Shown: positions 39,882 through 50,235, counted from the first letter of the stretch. The stretch: 51,184 bases of DNA from an uncultured Candidatus Saccharibacteria bacterium (GCA_964643955.1 CAZXUO010000002.1:110691-161874); one strand, 5' to 3'. Notes: generated from the sequence alone by a model not told the origin. Translations and numbers: made by a program.

Positions 39882-41195
39882 GTGTCAAACAAGGATCTCT
39901 TTGTTGTTGAGGGGCTCGCCGGCGAGAAAAAACTCGAGGGAACTATCGCTGTAGCAGGTGCAAAAAATGAAGTCCTCAAAGTGATGGCCGCGTCAGCGAT
40001 TTTTGCTGATGATGTGTTTATTGAAAATGTTCCGGAGATTGAAGACGTCGCGCGTATGTGCGAGTTACTCGAAGATCTTGGCGCGACCGTTGAGAAGACT
40101 GGCGCGCATGCGCTCCGCATTAACACCGCTGCGCTTTCGGGCACTGAGCTCACGTCAGACATCGCCAAGCGCATGCGCGCCTCGGTCGTCCTCACCGGCC
40201 CACTCCTCGCACGTTTTGGAAAAGTTTCATTTCCGCATCCGGGCGGGTGTGTGATTGGCACACGACCGATCGATGTGTTTCTTGAAAGTTTTGAAAAGCT
40301 TGGTGCGACAATTACGACGACTGATACGAGCTATGAGATTTCTGCACCACAGAAGCTTCGCGGTGCTGACATTTTTATGAAAGTCGCGAGCGTCACGGCG
40401 ACCGAGACACTCATGATTGCAGCGACGCTCGCAACAGGTACGACGATGCTGAAGAATGCTGCAGTCGAGCCCGAGATCGTACACCTCGCAGAGTTTTTAA
40501 ATAGAAGTGGCGCGCGCATCTCAGGCGCCGGCACGCACACGATAACGATTGAAGGTACCGCTGAGCTTTTGCGAGCCGGCGGTACACCGCATACGGTCGT
40601 CCCCGATCGTATCGAGACCGCGAGCTTTATGATGCTTGGTGCGCTCGCGGCGCACGACCTTCGCATCGAGCGCTGCAACCCTGCGCACGTCGAGATCGTG
40701 ACGGCGCTCCTACGCGACGCTGGTGTGCCGATTACGCTTGAAAAGGACGCAATTGTTATTTCAGGAAATACAAAACCAAACAGTTCGTTTACCTCATTTA
40801 ATGTTCGCACGCACGAGTATCCCGGACTTGCGACCGACGTGCAGTCACCGCTCGTTGTCTTTCTTACGCAATCTTCAGGAGAGAGCATCGTCTTTGAAAC
40901 TATTTTTGAAAATCGTCTCGGCTGGACACAAGACCTCGTCCGTATGGGCGCGCACATCACGATGATGAATCCGCAGCAGATTATTGTGAAAGGCCCGACG
41001 CCGCTTCGCGGCAGGGAAGTTGAAGGTCCAGATCTCCGCGCCGGTCTCGCTTTTATTCTTGCTGCAATTGTCGCGCAGGGCACCTCGCGTATTCGCAACG
41101 CGTATTTCATTGACCGCGGCTACGAACACATCGAGACGCGCCTCTCAAATATCGGTGTTTCTATCACGCGCGCACCCGAAATTCTCGCCGAATAG
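39882..41195 (+). CDS. murA: UDP-N-acetylglucosamine enolpyruvyl transferase
   Basis: GAKN, MRAS, PGGCVIGTRP (active-site Cys kept), YPGLATD.Q, DLRAG, IDRGYE; GTG 39882 preferred. Confidence 0.97.
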   Translation: MSNKDLFVVEGLAGEKKLEGTIAVAGAKNEVLKVMAASAIFADDVFIENVPEIEDVARMCELLEDLGATVEKTGAHALRINTAALSGTELTSDIAKRMRASVVLTGPLLARFGKVSFPHPGGCVIGTRPIDVFLESFEKLGATITTTDTSYEISAPQKLRGADIFMKVASVTATETLMIAATLATGTTMLKNAAVEPEIVHLAEFLNRSGARISGAGTHTITIEGTAELLRAGGTPHTVVPDRIETASFMMLGALAAHDLRIERCNPAHVEIVTALLRDAGVPITLEKDAIVISGNTKPNSSFTSFNVRTHEYPGLATDVQSPLVVFLTQSSGESIVFETIFENRLGWTQDLVRMGAHITMMNPQQIIVKGPTPLRGREVEGPDLRAGLAFILAAIVAQGTSRIRNAYFIDRGYEHIETRLSNIGVSITRAPEILAE

Positions 41196-41228
41196 CACCC
41201 GAAAAAACGGTGGTATACTAGGGGCCTT

Positions 41229-42251
41229 ATGTCCCGTTTCTTCGGATTTTTCTCTCCAAAAGTAGGTATTGATTTAGGGACCACGAGCGTACTCGTATTT
41301 ATTCCCGGTCGCGGCATCGTACTCAATGAGCCATCCGTCGTTGCGATCTCCGAAGACAACAAGATCCTCGCGGTGGGGCAAGAGGCAAAAGAGATGATTG
41401 GCCGTACGCCAGAAAATATTCGTGCATATCGACCGATGAAAGACGGCGTGATCGCCGATTATCGTGTGACTGAGGCGATGCTTCGCTATTTCCTTCGCAA
41501 AGCGATGGGACGTTTTGTGATTTTTAAACCTGAGGTGATGGTCTCGGTGCCGACCGGTGTATCTTCGACCGAGCGCCGTGCGGTGGTGGAGGCTGCACTT
41601 CGTGCCGGCGCACGAAGTGCGTACGTCGTGAAGGAGTCTATCCTCGCCGCGATCGGCGCCGGCATTCCTATATATGAGCCGCGCGGACACATGATCGTTG
41701 ATATTGGTGGCGGTACGATCGACGTCGCGGTGATTTCGCTCGGCGGTATCGTCGCCGCAAACTCAGTGAAGTGCGCCGGCAATCGCATCGATGTTGCGAT
41801 CGCCGATTATGCAAAAAAGCACGCCAATATTTCTATTGGTGAAAAAATGGCAGAGGAAATAAAAATTACGATTGGGTCGGCGCTTCCGCTTGAAAAGGAA
41901 CTCACGATGCATGTGAAAGGACGCGACTCGGTCACTGGTCTGCCGCGCACGGTCGAGATGAAAAGCAACGACATCGTGACCGCGATTTCAAAAGAGCTTC
42001 GCGAGATGGTAAAAGCTATCAAAGATGTATTTCAAAATACGCCCCCTGAACTCGCTGCAGACATCATCGACCACGGCATCATCCTCACCGGAGGCACCTC
42101 ACAGCTGCGCAATTTTGCCGAGCTCGTCAGGCGGCGCACCGGCGTCAAAGCAAAAGTCGCAGAGAGCGCACTCTTTTGTGTTGCGCGCGGCACCGGCGTC
42201 GCCCTCGAACATCTCGACACCTACAAGCGCAGCATCATCACAAAAAGATAG
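41229..42251 (+). CDS. mreB: Rod shape-determining actin homolog
   Basis: IDLGT, PMKDGVIAD, VDIGGGT, LTGG. Confidence 0.97.
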   Translation: MSRFFGFFSPKVGIDLGTTSVLVFIPGRGIVLNEPSVVAISEDNKILAVGQEAKEMIGRTPENIRAYRPMKDGVIADYRVTEAMLRYFLRKAMGRFVIFKPEVMVSVPTGVSSTERRAVVEAALRAGARSAYVVKESILAAIGAGIPIYEPRGHMIVDIGGGTIDVAVISLGGIVAANSVKCAGNRIDVAIADYAKKHANISIGEKMAEEIKITIGSALPLEKELTMHVKGRDSVTGLPRTVEMKSNDIVTAISKELREMVKAIKDVFQNTPPELAADIIDHGIILTGGTSQLRNFAELVRRRTGVKAKVAESALFCVARGTGVALEHLDTYKRSIITKR

Positions 42252-42274
42252 TGATTTAAGTAACATTAATTCTT

Positions 42275-42796
42275 ATGGAAGAAGAGTACGAGCTTACATT
42301 TTTAGTTAGATCAGTTCCGGAGGACGTACTGACCTCGAGGAGTAGTGAAATTATAGATGTTTATATCCCAATTTCTGCAGCGCATCCAATAGTAAGGATT
42401 CGTAAGTCAGGAGGGAAATATGCAATTACGAAAAAGCAGCCGATAAATGAGGGTGATGCATCGCATCAAATTGAAAATACTATTCCGCTCACTGAAAAAG
42501 AATTTGACGCTTTGAATAAGGTGGAAGGTAAGCGTGTTCGTAAGATTCGTTACTACTATACCAAAGGTGAATTCGGATATGAGATAGATGTTTTTCAAGA
42601 TGAGCTGCTGGGTCTAGTGGTTGCAGATGTTGAATTTAATTCAAACGAAGAAAAAAGTAAATTTAATAAACCAGATTGGTTTCTTGCGGATGTAACGCAG
42701 GAGGATTTTATTGCTGGAGGAATGTTGTGCGGTAAATCATATGAGGATATTCAAGATCATCTTGATAGATTTCAGTATAAGCAAATAAAACTCTAG
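42275..42796 (+). CDS. CYTH-domain (triphosphate tunnel) protein, AT-rich
   Basis: EYEL, RIRK, K.RY, EIDVF...L.GL..ADVEF. Confidence 0.8.
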   Translation: MEEEYELTFLVRSVPEDVLTSRSSEIIDVYIPISAAHPIVRIRKSGGKYAITKKQPINEGDASHQIENTIPLTEKEFDALNKVEGKRVRKIRYYYTKGEFGYEIDVFQDELLGLVVADVEFNSNEEKSKFNKPDWFLADVTQEDFIAGGMLCGKSYEDIQDHLDRFQYKQIKL

Positions 42797-42853
42797 TTCA
42801 TACGTGGACATCTGTGGAGCGCGGGGGAGGGAAGCAAGATACAATAGAGCTCA

Positions 42854-45619
42854 ATGAATGAGCGAATACCGGAGGGGCAAAGATTTTCATCGCCCGAAGA
42901 AGAGATTGCGTATTTGCGTGGGCAGATAGCGGAGCGCGAGCGCGCATTGCGCGCGAGCGAGGCGCCGACGGCGGCGTATGAGCAGGCGGCCCGCGAGCAG
43001 ATCACGGCGTACGGGAAGACGCCTTCTGAGACGGTGCTCAATGATGACTACCGGCTCGCGGGCCATGAGTTCGCGAGCGCTGTGGAGCGTGCATCGACCG
43101 CAGGTGATCAGGTACATGAGATGCTCGAGCTCGCAGAGACGAAAGGACTTCATAACGCGCTCTCGGTACTCGAGAAGCTCAACAACGCATTCCTCACCGA
43201 CGAAGTACATCGTCTCCTCGTGAGCAACATTCGCAGCGGCATCACTATTTCTGATGTGAAAGAGGGAGGTCCGTACTGGAACGTGCTCCACATGACGCTC
43301 TTTGAGGTGACGCTCCCTGATACACAGAAAGAAGAAGGGCGTGAAGACGCGCTCAAAGGCCTCATCTCGTCGATGGAACAATTTTATGCAGGCATGCAGT
43401 CGATTTCGTCGACGAAGAAGCCACAACACTTCACACTTGAGATCGCTGTTTCAGATAAAAGTGATGACATCGTCTTTTATGCATCAGTACCGACCGAGTT
43501 TGTTGATCTCTTTGAAAAACAACTTCTCTCACTCTTTCCGCGCGCAGAGCTCCATGAGCAGCACAACGACTACAACATCTTTGTCGACGGCGGCGCATCG
43601 CTCATTGCGGTAGCAGAGCAAAGTAAATATTCGCTCTATCCAATCCGCAGCTACGAGACCTTTGATCGCGACCCGCTCCATGTGCTCTTGAATGCATTTT
43701 CTAAAATTGAACGAGAGGGAGGAGGTGCTGCGGTACAGGTCGTCTTTCGTCCGCAGACTGGTACCTATAGAAATGAATACGACGGCGTCATCAAGCGCAT
43801 TCGCGATGGAATGCCGGTAAAAAAGTCGATCAGTATGGCGTCCTTTAAGGGGCAGATGTTTGAATCCTTTAAAGAAATTATTTCGTCGACCGCAAAGAAA
43901 AAGGATGAACCAGAGAAACCGCCGGACATCGACAGTGAAGTACTCGAGCTTTTTGGAGAAAAGATTGCACGACCGATCATCGAGACCAACATCCGCATCG
44001 CCGTATCGGCAGGCACTGAAGCGCGGGCTAAGCAGATACTTGGTGATATTGAGGCAAGCTTCCATCAGTTTGAACACACGAAAGGAAATCGTATTTCGTT
44101 TCAGACGCTTTCGGGAAGCGCTGCAAAGAAAGCGCTGCGCGCGTATTCGTTTCGTGAGTATGTGCCAGCAGAGGTGGTGCCACTTTCGATCACTGAGCTT
44201 TCAACCCTCATTCATTTCCCTGTAGAGGATGTGCATTTTTCTCCGCAGTTTAAGCAGTCGCGCGCGCGTACTGCTGCTGCACCGATCGATCTTCCACGCG
44301 AGGGTACGCTCCTCGGCACTAACACGTATCGCACGAAAGAGACGCCGGTGTATATCACACCTGAAGATCGCCTTCGTCATTTCTACATCATCGGTCAGAC
44401 TGGTACCGGAAAGACAAACCTGATGAAGAACATGATTATTCAGGATATCGAAGCGGGCAACGGCGTCTGCCTCATCGATCCGCACGGCACCGATATCGTC
44501 GATGTACTTGCGGCAGTGCCGCCTGAGCGTGAAGAAGACGTGATTTATTTTGATCCTGCGTACACGGAGCGTTCGCTCGGCCTCAATATGCTCGAGTACG
44601 ACGAGACGCGGCCCGAGCAAAAAACCTTTGTGGTCAATGAGCTTTTCTCAATATTCCAAAAGCTCTATGGCGCAGTGCCAGAGAGTATGGGTCCGATGTT
44701 TGAGCAGTATTTCCGAAATGCGACGATGCTCGTACTTGAAGATCCGGCGAGCGGCTCGACATTGCTCGATATCTCGCGCGTACTTTCGGATACTGAGTAT
44801 CGCTATTTGAAACTTTCGCGTGCAAAGAATCCTGTCGTGCGCGAGTTCTGGGAAAATATTGCAACAAAAGCAGGTGGAGAAGCATCGCTCGAAAACATCG
44901 TGCCGTACATCACCTCGAAGTTTGATGTCTTCACTGCAAACGACTACATGCGACCGATCATCGGTCAGCAGACGTCGGCACTCAATTTCAGAAAGATTAT
45001 GGATGAGCGGAAAATATTGCTCGTCAATCTTTCGAAGGGGCGACTCGGCGATATCAATGCAAATCTTATCGGCATGATCGTCGTCGGAAAAATCCTCATG
45101 GCTGCGCTTTCGCGCGTCGACGACATCTCGCGTTCGCTTCCGCCGTTTTATCTCCACATGGACGAGTTCCAAAACATCACAACCGATTCCATCACGGCGA
45201 TTCTCTCAGAAGCGCGCAAATATAAGCTGGGGCTTACGGTTGCGCACCAGTACATCGCGCAGCTTGAAGAAAATATCCGTGATGCAGTCTTCGGAAATGT
45301 TGGTTCGCTTGCGGCCTTTCGTGTTGGTCCTGAAGATGCGGAGTTTCTCTCACAGCAATTCGCACCGACCTTTTCTGCGCACGATTTGATGAATATTGAA
45401 AATCATAATGCGTACATTCGCGCGCTCGCAAATGGTACGCCGACCAAGCCGTTCAATATCCATACGCTCGCGCCGCGTCCGGTCGATGTACCAGCGGTGC
45501 AGGAGCGCATCAAGCGTCTTTATGAGCGCTATGGAAGGCCGCGTGCAGAAGTAGAAGCGGAGATTTCTGCGCGCTATCAACGGCCGGTTGTTCCGAGTGG
45601 CGATGCGCCGATGATATAG
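42854..45619 (+). CDS. VirD4/TraD/HerA-like ATPase (T4CP-like)
   Basis: HFYIIGQTGTGKT, IDPHG, MDEFQN, SEARKY.L.L..AHQY..QL. Confidence 0.88.
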   Translation: MNERIPEGQRFSSPEEEIAYLRGQIAERERALRASEAPTAAYEQAAREQITAYGKTPSETVLNDDYRLAGHEFASAVERASTAGDQVHEMLELAETKGLHNALSVLEKLNNAFLTDEVHRLLVSNIRSGITISDVKEGGPYWNVLHMTLFEVTLPDTQKEEGREDALKGLISSMEQFYAGMQSISSTKKPQHFTLEIAVSDKSDDIVFYASVPTEFVDLFEKQLLSLFPRAELHEQHNDYNIFVDGGASLIAVAEQSKYSLYPIRSYETFDRDPLHVLLNAFSKIEREGGGAAVQVVFRPQTGTYRNEYDGVIKRIRDGMPVKKSISMASFKGQMFESFKEIISSTAKKKDEPEKPPDIDSEVLELFGEKIARPIIETNIRIAVSAGTEARAKQILGDIEASFHQFEHTKGNRISFQTLSGSAAKKALRAYSFREYVPAEVVPLSITELSTLIHFPVEDVHFSPQFKQSRARTAAAPIDLPREGTLLGTNTYRTKETPVYITPEDRLRHFYIIGQTGTGKTNLMKNMIIQDIEAGNGVCLIDPHGTDIVDVLAAVPPEREEDVIYFDPAYTERSLGLNMLEYDETRPEQKTFVVNELFSIFQKLYGAVPESMGPMFEQYFRNATMLVLEDPASGSTLLDISRVLSDTEYRYLKLSRAKNPVVREFWENIATKAGGEASLENIVPYITSKFDVFTANDYMRPIIGQQTSALNFRKIMDERKILLVNLSKGRLGDINANLIGMIVVGKILMAALSRVDDISRSLPPFYLHMDEFQNITTDSITAILSEARKYKLGLTVAHQYIAQLEENIRDAVFGNVGSLAAFRVGPEDAEFLSQQFAPTFSAHDLMNIENHNAYIRALANGTPTKPFNIHTLAPRPVDVPAVQERIKRLYERYGRPRAEVEAEISARYQRPVVPSGDAPMI

Positions 45620-45630
45620 TACACATAACG

Positions 45631-46272
45631 ATGTCTATTGATTCTTTAAAAACTACAGATGTTCTTCGTAAGGAGGGAATGTCAACGGGTGAAGCTGCAC
45701 CCCGTCGCTTTACGTGGGAAAAATTGTTTGATTCTGCATCTGAGCGTCTTGAGCTCGTGAAGCGTGTCCGTGCCGCTGACACTGAAGGGAAGATCATTAC
45801 GCAAGTACAAGACATGCTGCTTGCGATCGCACGGAAAGAAAAAGTTGATTTTGATACGTTTAAGGATCTGGTTGCATCTGTTGGTGTTGAAGTTGAAATG
45901 CATGAAGATCTTGCTGAAGAAAAAAAAGAGACCGCTGAAGCGATGACGACTCCAGAAGTTGCATTATCAGAAACACCTCCTGAGCAAAAGACTGTGGCGC
46001 CTGAGGTGCTCGGCACTCCTCGTCCCGCACCTGTCTTTGGTGAAGAGGCTCCGAAAAAAGCGCCTGCACAAGAACCCCTGATAGAGACACCGGTCGTTAC
46101 TCAGACTGAGACAAAAGAAGAACCTCAAGCTCCGGCGATTGACGTTGATCCTGCAAGAGAGATGGTTGATGATACACCTGAGAATGTCATAAAATTTGTG
46201 AGAGGATTGTATCCTAATTTGAGTAACCAGGAATATGATGAAATTGTTAATGCATACATGAAGGTGAAATAA
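45631..46272 (+). CDS. Acidic low-complexity hypothetical protein
   Basis: Glu/Pro/Thr-rich linker between two helical segments. Confidence 0.75.
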   Translation: MSIDSLKTTDVLRKEGMSTGEAAPRRFTWEKLFDSASERLELVKRVRAADTEGKIITQVQDMLLAIARKEKVDFDTFKDLVASVGVEVEMHEDLAEEKKETAEAMTTPEVALSETPPEQKTVAPEVLGTPRPAPVFGEEAPKKAPAQEPLIETPVVTQTETKEEPQAPAIDVDPAREMVDDTPENVIKFVRGLYPNLSNQEYDEIVNAYMKVK

Positions 46273-46278
46273 CGCATC

Positions 46279-47829
46279 ATGGCTACGCAAACGATACAAA
46301 AACCAAAAGATGAAATTGTCGCAAAATTGCGCGAAGTTCATGATCGTCTCAAGGCTGAGGGGAAGATTGGTGTTGTGGCGGAAGTCGCGCCTCTGCCAGC
46401 TGCTGTAGAATCTTCAATGGCTTCGACTGACTCGATGTCACTTGAAGATATTCGTGCAGATATTGTTTTGATAAAAGAAAAAGTTGGTTTTCAGCGCTAC
46501 ATGCAGGCGCTTACGAGTATTGATGCGCGCGATCAAGAATACATCGCAGCGCTCAATGATCTCAGTTCGATGAAGCCGACCGATGATATGTCGGAAATTC
46601 GTGCAAAATATGCACGCTTTCGTACAGCAGCCGATGCGATCTTTGCACCAGCGGTGGATGAGAAAAAAGAAGAGCCCGCACCGATGGTGAATGAGGCAGA
46701 GGCGCCAGTGGCTGAGGTTGTTGCAGATACTGCAGTGCCTCCTGTATTAGAGATGCCTGTGGTTGCAGGCGAGCCTACGCCGATTGTCGCGGAGGCACCC
46801 GCTGAAGTTGTAGAGCCTATGCCAGAAGCTCCTGTCGCACCTCAGGCTGCATCAATCAGCACTTCAATGGCGCAGCCGCTTGTACTCGACGTTGATGGAA
46901 ATATTGCGGGTGATAAAAAGGCTGACGAAGCAACAAAAGTAGTACTTTTTAATACTCCGGTTGTTGAAGAAAAGGCAGAGATGGCAGCGCCAGCAGCTTC
47001 GGGTGAAAAGACAGCACTCCAAAAAGCTGCAGAAGCATTGATGGCAGAGACGACTGCGCCGGCGCCCGCAGAGGCTGCGCCCGAAACGCCAGCCGTACCT
47101 GAGGTGCCGGTAGCTGCGCCGATAGTGGAGGCTCCGCCTGTGGTTGAGCCGCCTGCCGCAATACCAGTAATGCCGACGCCTACCGCTCCAACGGCAGGCG
47201 GCATGGATCAGTATCGTGAGCCTATCGATGACGAACCAAAGATGGGTATTCTTCCGACGCCGCCTGCTCCGCGCGTCGTCAATGATACGTACCGCGAAGC
47301 GATCGACGCCATTGCAGAAGAAGAAGTGCCGTTGCCGACACTTCCTGAGATTCCTCCACCTCCGCCGCCTGCACCTCCGGAAGCGCCGATTTCAGAACAG
47401 ATGGGCTTTGGAGGCACTCCGCCGCCCGCTCCCGATCTACCGCCGCTTCCGCCGATGCCTGAGACCGGTGCGGCACCACAGACGATGGTGCAAGAAGCGC
47501 AGACGATTATGGCGCAGAGCGATCTCTCAATGCGTCCTGAAGTCACTCAAGGCCTCGAGCAGCTTCTTTCTGAGTGGGACATCTTTGCGTCAAGTGGATT
47601 TCTTGGTTTTGGTTCAGGTGGCGTCGAGCATCCTATCTATAAGAAGATTCGAGGTATTCCGGTCGCTGCAGTGATGTCGGGACGATGGGATGGTTCAAAT
47701 GAAAAAGTGATTCAGAATATTAAGATGTACATGGATGGCTGGCGAAAGGAGCGCGGTGTTGAAGCACTCCCCGAGGAAAAGTTTGAAAATTACCTCCGCC
47801 GCGTCGTGTCGCGTATTCTTCAGGGCTAG
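46279..47829 (+). CDS. Pro/Ala/Glu-rich protein with globular-looking N- and C-terminal domains
   Basis: Helical N-terminus, about 300-aa P/A/E linker, C-terminal LLSEW.IF..SG...G.EHP.Y...GW. Confidence 0.8.
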   Translation: MATQTIQKPKDEIVAKLREVHDRLKAEGKIGVVAEVAPLPAAVESSMASTDSMSLEDIRADIVLIKEKVGFQRYMQALTSIDARDQEYIAALNDLSSMKPTDDMSEIRAKYARFRTAADAIFAPAVDEKKEEPAPMVNEAEAPVAEVVADTAVPPVLEMPVVAGEPTPIVAEAPAEVVEPMPEAPVAPQAASISTSMAQPLVLDVDGNIAGDKKADEATKVVLFNTPVVEEKAEMAAPAASGEKTALQKAAEALMAETTAPAPAEAAPETPAVPEVPVAAPIVEAPPVVEPPAAIPVMPTPTAPTAGGMDQYREPIDDEPKMGILPTPPAPRVVNDTYREAIDAIAEEEVPLPTLPEIPPPPPPAPPEAPISEQMGFGGTPPPAPDLPPLPPMPETGAAPQTMVQEAQTIMAQSDLSMRPEVTQGLEQLLSEWDIFASSGFLGFGSGGVEHPIYKKIRGIPVAAVMSGRWDGSNEKVIQNIKMYMDGWRKERGVEALPEEKFENYLRRVVSRILQG

Positions 47830-47839
47830 AAAAGGTCTG

Positions 47840-47873
47840 AAAAAAGCATACCGCAACCATGGTATGCTTTTTT
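47840..47873 (+). terminator. Terminator whose right arm contains a TATGCT -10-like box for the next gene
   Basis: AAAAAAGCATACC-N8-GGTATGCTTTTTT; ATG 47877 lies 8 nt after TATGCT. Confidence 0.7.
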
Positions 47874-47876
47874 CGT

Positions 47877-48500
47877 ATGCATCATCACGCACTACTTCTT
47901 GTCGGCGACTACGAGGCGTGTCTTGCCGAGATTCCTGAGGCTGATCGCACGGGTGCTGATGCCGAGCGCATCGTCACCGACACACTCGGCATCGATGAAG
48001 CGCGCGCACTTTCAGTGCGCGCCGCGTCTCGTCCGGTCGAACACACCAAGCGTACGTTTATTATTGCCTGCGCACAGATTACGACTGAGGCACAAAACGC
48101 ACTCCTGAAGACATTCGAAGATCCGCCGAAGACTGCGCAATTTTATCTCATTGTGCCGCGACTCTCCGTACTTTTGCCGACGCTTCGATCGCGCCTCCAG
48201 CTCGCGTTTGCCTCTGAGGATGCTGCGATGTCCGACACGGTGAAGAAATTCCTTCGTGCATCGTATGCGGATCGCCTTGAGCAGATCGCTGCGCTGCATA
48301 AAGCAAAAGACGCGGCAGGCATGCGCGCGCTCATTGAAGATGTCGAGCGAACGGTCGCCGCTGCGCCGTCGCCGAAAAAAGCAGCCTATCTTGAAGACGT
48401 TGCGCTCGTCTCGCAGTATGCAGAAATACGAGGAGCGTCTCACAAGATGTTGCTCGAGCATCTCGCATTATCGGTCCCGTCGCCATTTGCATCTCGGTAG
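47877..48500 (+). CDS. holB: Minimal DNA polymerase III delta'-like clamp-loader subunit
   Basis: IDEAR, T.EAQNALLKTFEDPP, LPTLRSR; lacks P-loop and Zn module. Confidence 0.8.
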   Translation: MHHHALLLVGDYEACLAEIPEADRTGADAERIVTDTLGIDEARALSVRAASRPVEHTKRTFIIACAQITTEAQNALLKTFEDPPKTAQFYLIVPRLSVLLPTLRSRLQLAFASEDAAMSDTVKKFLRASYADRLEQIAALHKAKDAAGMRALIEDVERTVAAAPSPKKAAYLEDVALVSQYAEIRGASHKMLLEHLALSVPSPFASR

Positions 48501-48524
48501 GGGCGCAGCTACAATGAAATTGTT

Positions 48525-49076
48525 ATGGCATATGCATTTACGTCGTTTGACGCACGGGCACAAGAAGTAGTGGAATGGCTCACCAAGGAGTTTTCGGGTA
48601 TTCGAACCGGACGCGCGACGCCGGCACTTCTCGATAGTATTCAGGTAGAGTCATACGGCGCGCGCGTCCCTATCCAGCAAGTCGGCTCGGTTGGCGTTGA
48701 AGATCCACGCACGCTCCGCATTTCTCCATGGGACGGCAGTATGGTGAAGGTGATTGAGAAAGCGATCACGGATGCAAACTTCGGCGTCTCGGTCGCTTCT
48801 GATGACCGCGGCGTACGCGTGATTTTCCCTGAGCTCACCGGCGAACGTCGTATACAGCTCATCAAGCTCGCGAAAGCACGCCTTGAGGATGCGCGCATTT
48901 CACTCCGAAAGAATCGCGATGAAACGCTCAAGGATGTTGAGCGAAAGACAAAAGAGAGCGAGATCACGGAAGATGAACGTTTTCGTATTAAAGAAGAATT
49001 ACAAAAGCGCATCGACAAGCTCAACGCGACCCTCGACTCGATGCTTGAAAAAAAGGAAGCTGAAATAAATCAATAA
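48525..49076 (+). CDS. frr: Ribosome recycling factor
   Basis: IRTGRATP.LLD.I.VESYG, PELTGERR, KKEAEI. Confidence 0.97.
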   Translation: MAYAFTSFDARAQEVVEWLTKEFSGIRTGRATPALLDSIQVESYGARVPIQQVGSVGVEDPRTLRISPWDGSMVKVIEKAITDANFGVSVASDDRGVRVIFPELTGERRIQLIKLAKARLEDARISLRKNRDETLKDVERKTKESEITEDERFRIKEELQKRIDKLNATLDSMLEKKEAEINQ

Positions 49077-49084
49077 TTCACCAC

Positions 49085-50176
49085 ATGGCCATTCTTATAT
49101 TTGCAGTCGTTCTTTTCTTGCTCGTGCTCGTACATGAGTTTGGACACTTTATTACCGCAAAGAAGACTGGTATGCGTGTGGATGAGTTTGGCATTGGATT
49201 CCCGCCAAAGCTTTTTGGATTCCGAAGCGGCGAGACGGAATACACCTTCAATGCATTGCCGATTGGTGGTTTCGTAAAGATTTATGGAGAGGATGCGATC
49301 GAAGCTGAAGGGAAGGGAGATTTTTCACGATCGTTTTCTGGGAAATCAAAATGGGCGCAAGCGCTCGTACTCGTCGCGGGCGTTGCGATGAATGTGTTGT
49401 TCGCGTGGTTTCTTTTTGCCCTTGCGCTCGGTATCGGCACGCCAACTGCCGTTCTACCGGACGATGCGAGCGACGCAGCGAAGCTCCATGTGATTGGCGT
49501 GATTGCCGAAAGTCCTGCAGCGGCAGCTGGCGTGCCAACCGGCGCAGAGGTCATCTCGCTCAGAACTTCAGGTGAGACGTACACGCCGCGCACGCCTGAA
49601 GAATTTCGTATGTTTGTAGACGATGCGAGCGGCGCAGAGGTAGTACTGACGTATGCATATAAAGGAGAGACGTCAGAAGCTGCGCTCACGCCGTCTTCTG
49701 ATGTACTTGTAGATTCGCCTGAACAGAAGGCCATCGGTGTGTCACTTGGCCTCATTGAGACAGAAGGGATGCCGATACATCGTGCAATCGCTGAGGGTTT
49801 TATGCTGACAGTCACGAGTACGCGCGACATCGTGGTCGGTATCAGTACGCTCATCGGTGACGCACTCATGTGGAAGGCAGATCTCTCAAATGTCGCGGGA
49901 CCAGTCGGTATCGTCGGGCTTGTAGATGACGCGTCGGCAATCGGCCTTACGACCGTTCTTATGTTTATGGCGTTCATCTCGCTCAACCTTGCTGTCATCA
50001 ATCTCTTGCCATTTCCTGCGCTCGATGGCGGACGGCTTCTCTTTGTGATTATCGAAGCACTCAAAGGCTCTCCGATACCGACGCGCATTGCGTACTACGC
50101 AAATGCGACGGGCTTTATTTTGCTCATGATGCTTATGGTCGCGATTACCTTTAACGACATCATTCGGATTACGTAA
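49085..50176 (+). CDS. rseP: RIP metalloprotease RseP (M50 family) with PDZ domain
   Basis: HEFGH, GGFVKI, NLLPFPALDGG. Confidence 0.95.
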   Translation: MAILIFAVVLFLLVLVHEFGHFITAKKTGMRVDEFGIGFPPKLFGFRSGETEYTFNALPIGGFVKIYGEDAIEAEGKGDFSRSFSGKSKWAQALVLVAGVAMNVLFAWFLFALALGIGTPTAVLPDDASDAAKLHVIGVIAESPAAAAGVPTGAEVISLRTSGETYTPRTPEEFRMFVDDASGAEVVLTYAYKGETSEAALTPSSDVLVDSPEQKAIGVSLGLIETEGMPIHRAIAEGFMLTVTSTRDIVVGISTLIGDALMWKADLSNVAGPVGIVGLVDDASAIGLTTVLMFMAFISLNLAVINLLPFPALDGGRLLFVIIEALKGSPIPTRIAYYANATGFILLMMLMVAITFNDIIRIT

Positions 50177-50235
50177 TTGCATTTTTCGGAAAATATCTTA
50201 CTGTACGAGCGGATCAATTCTGAAAGGAGACGGAG

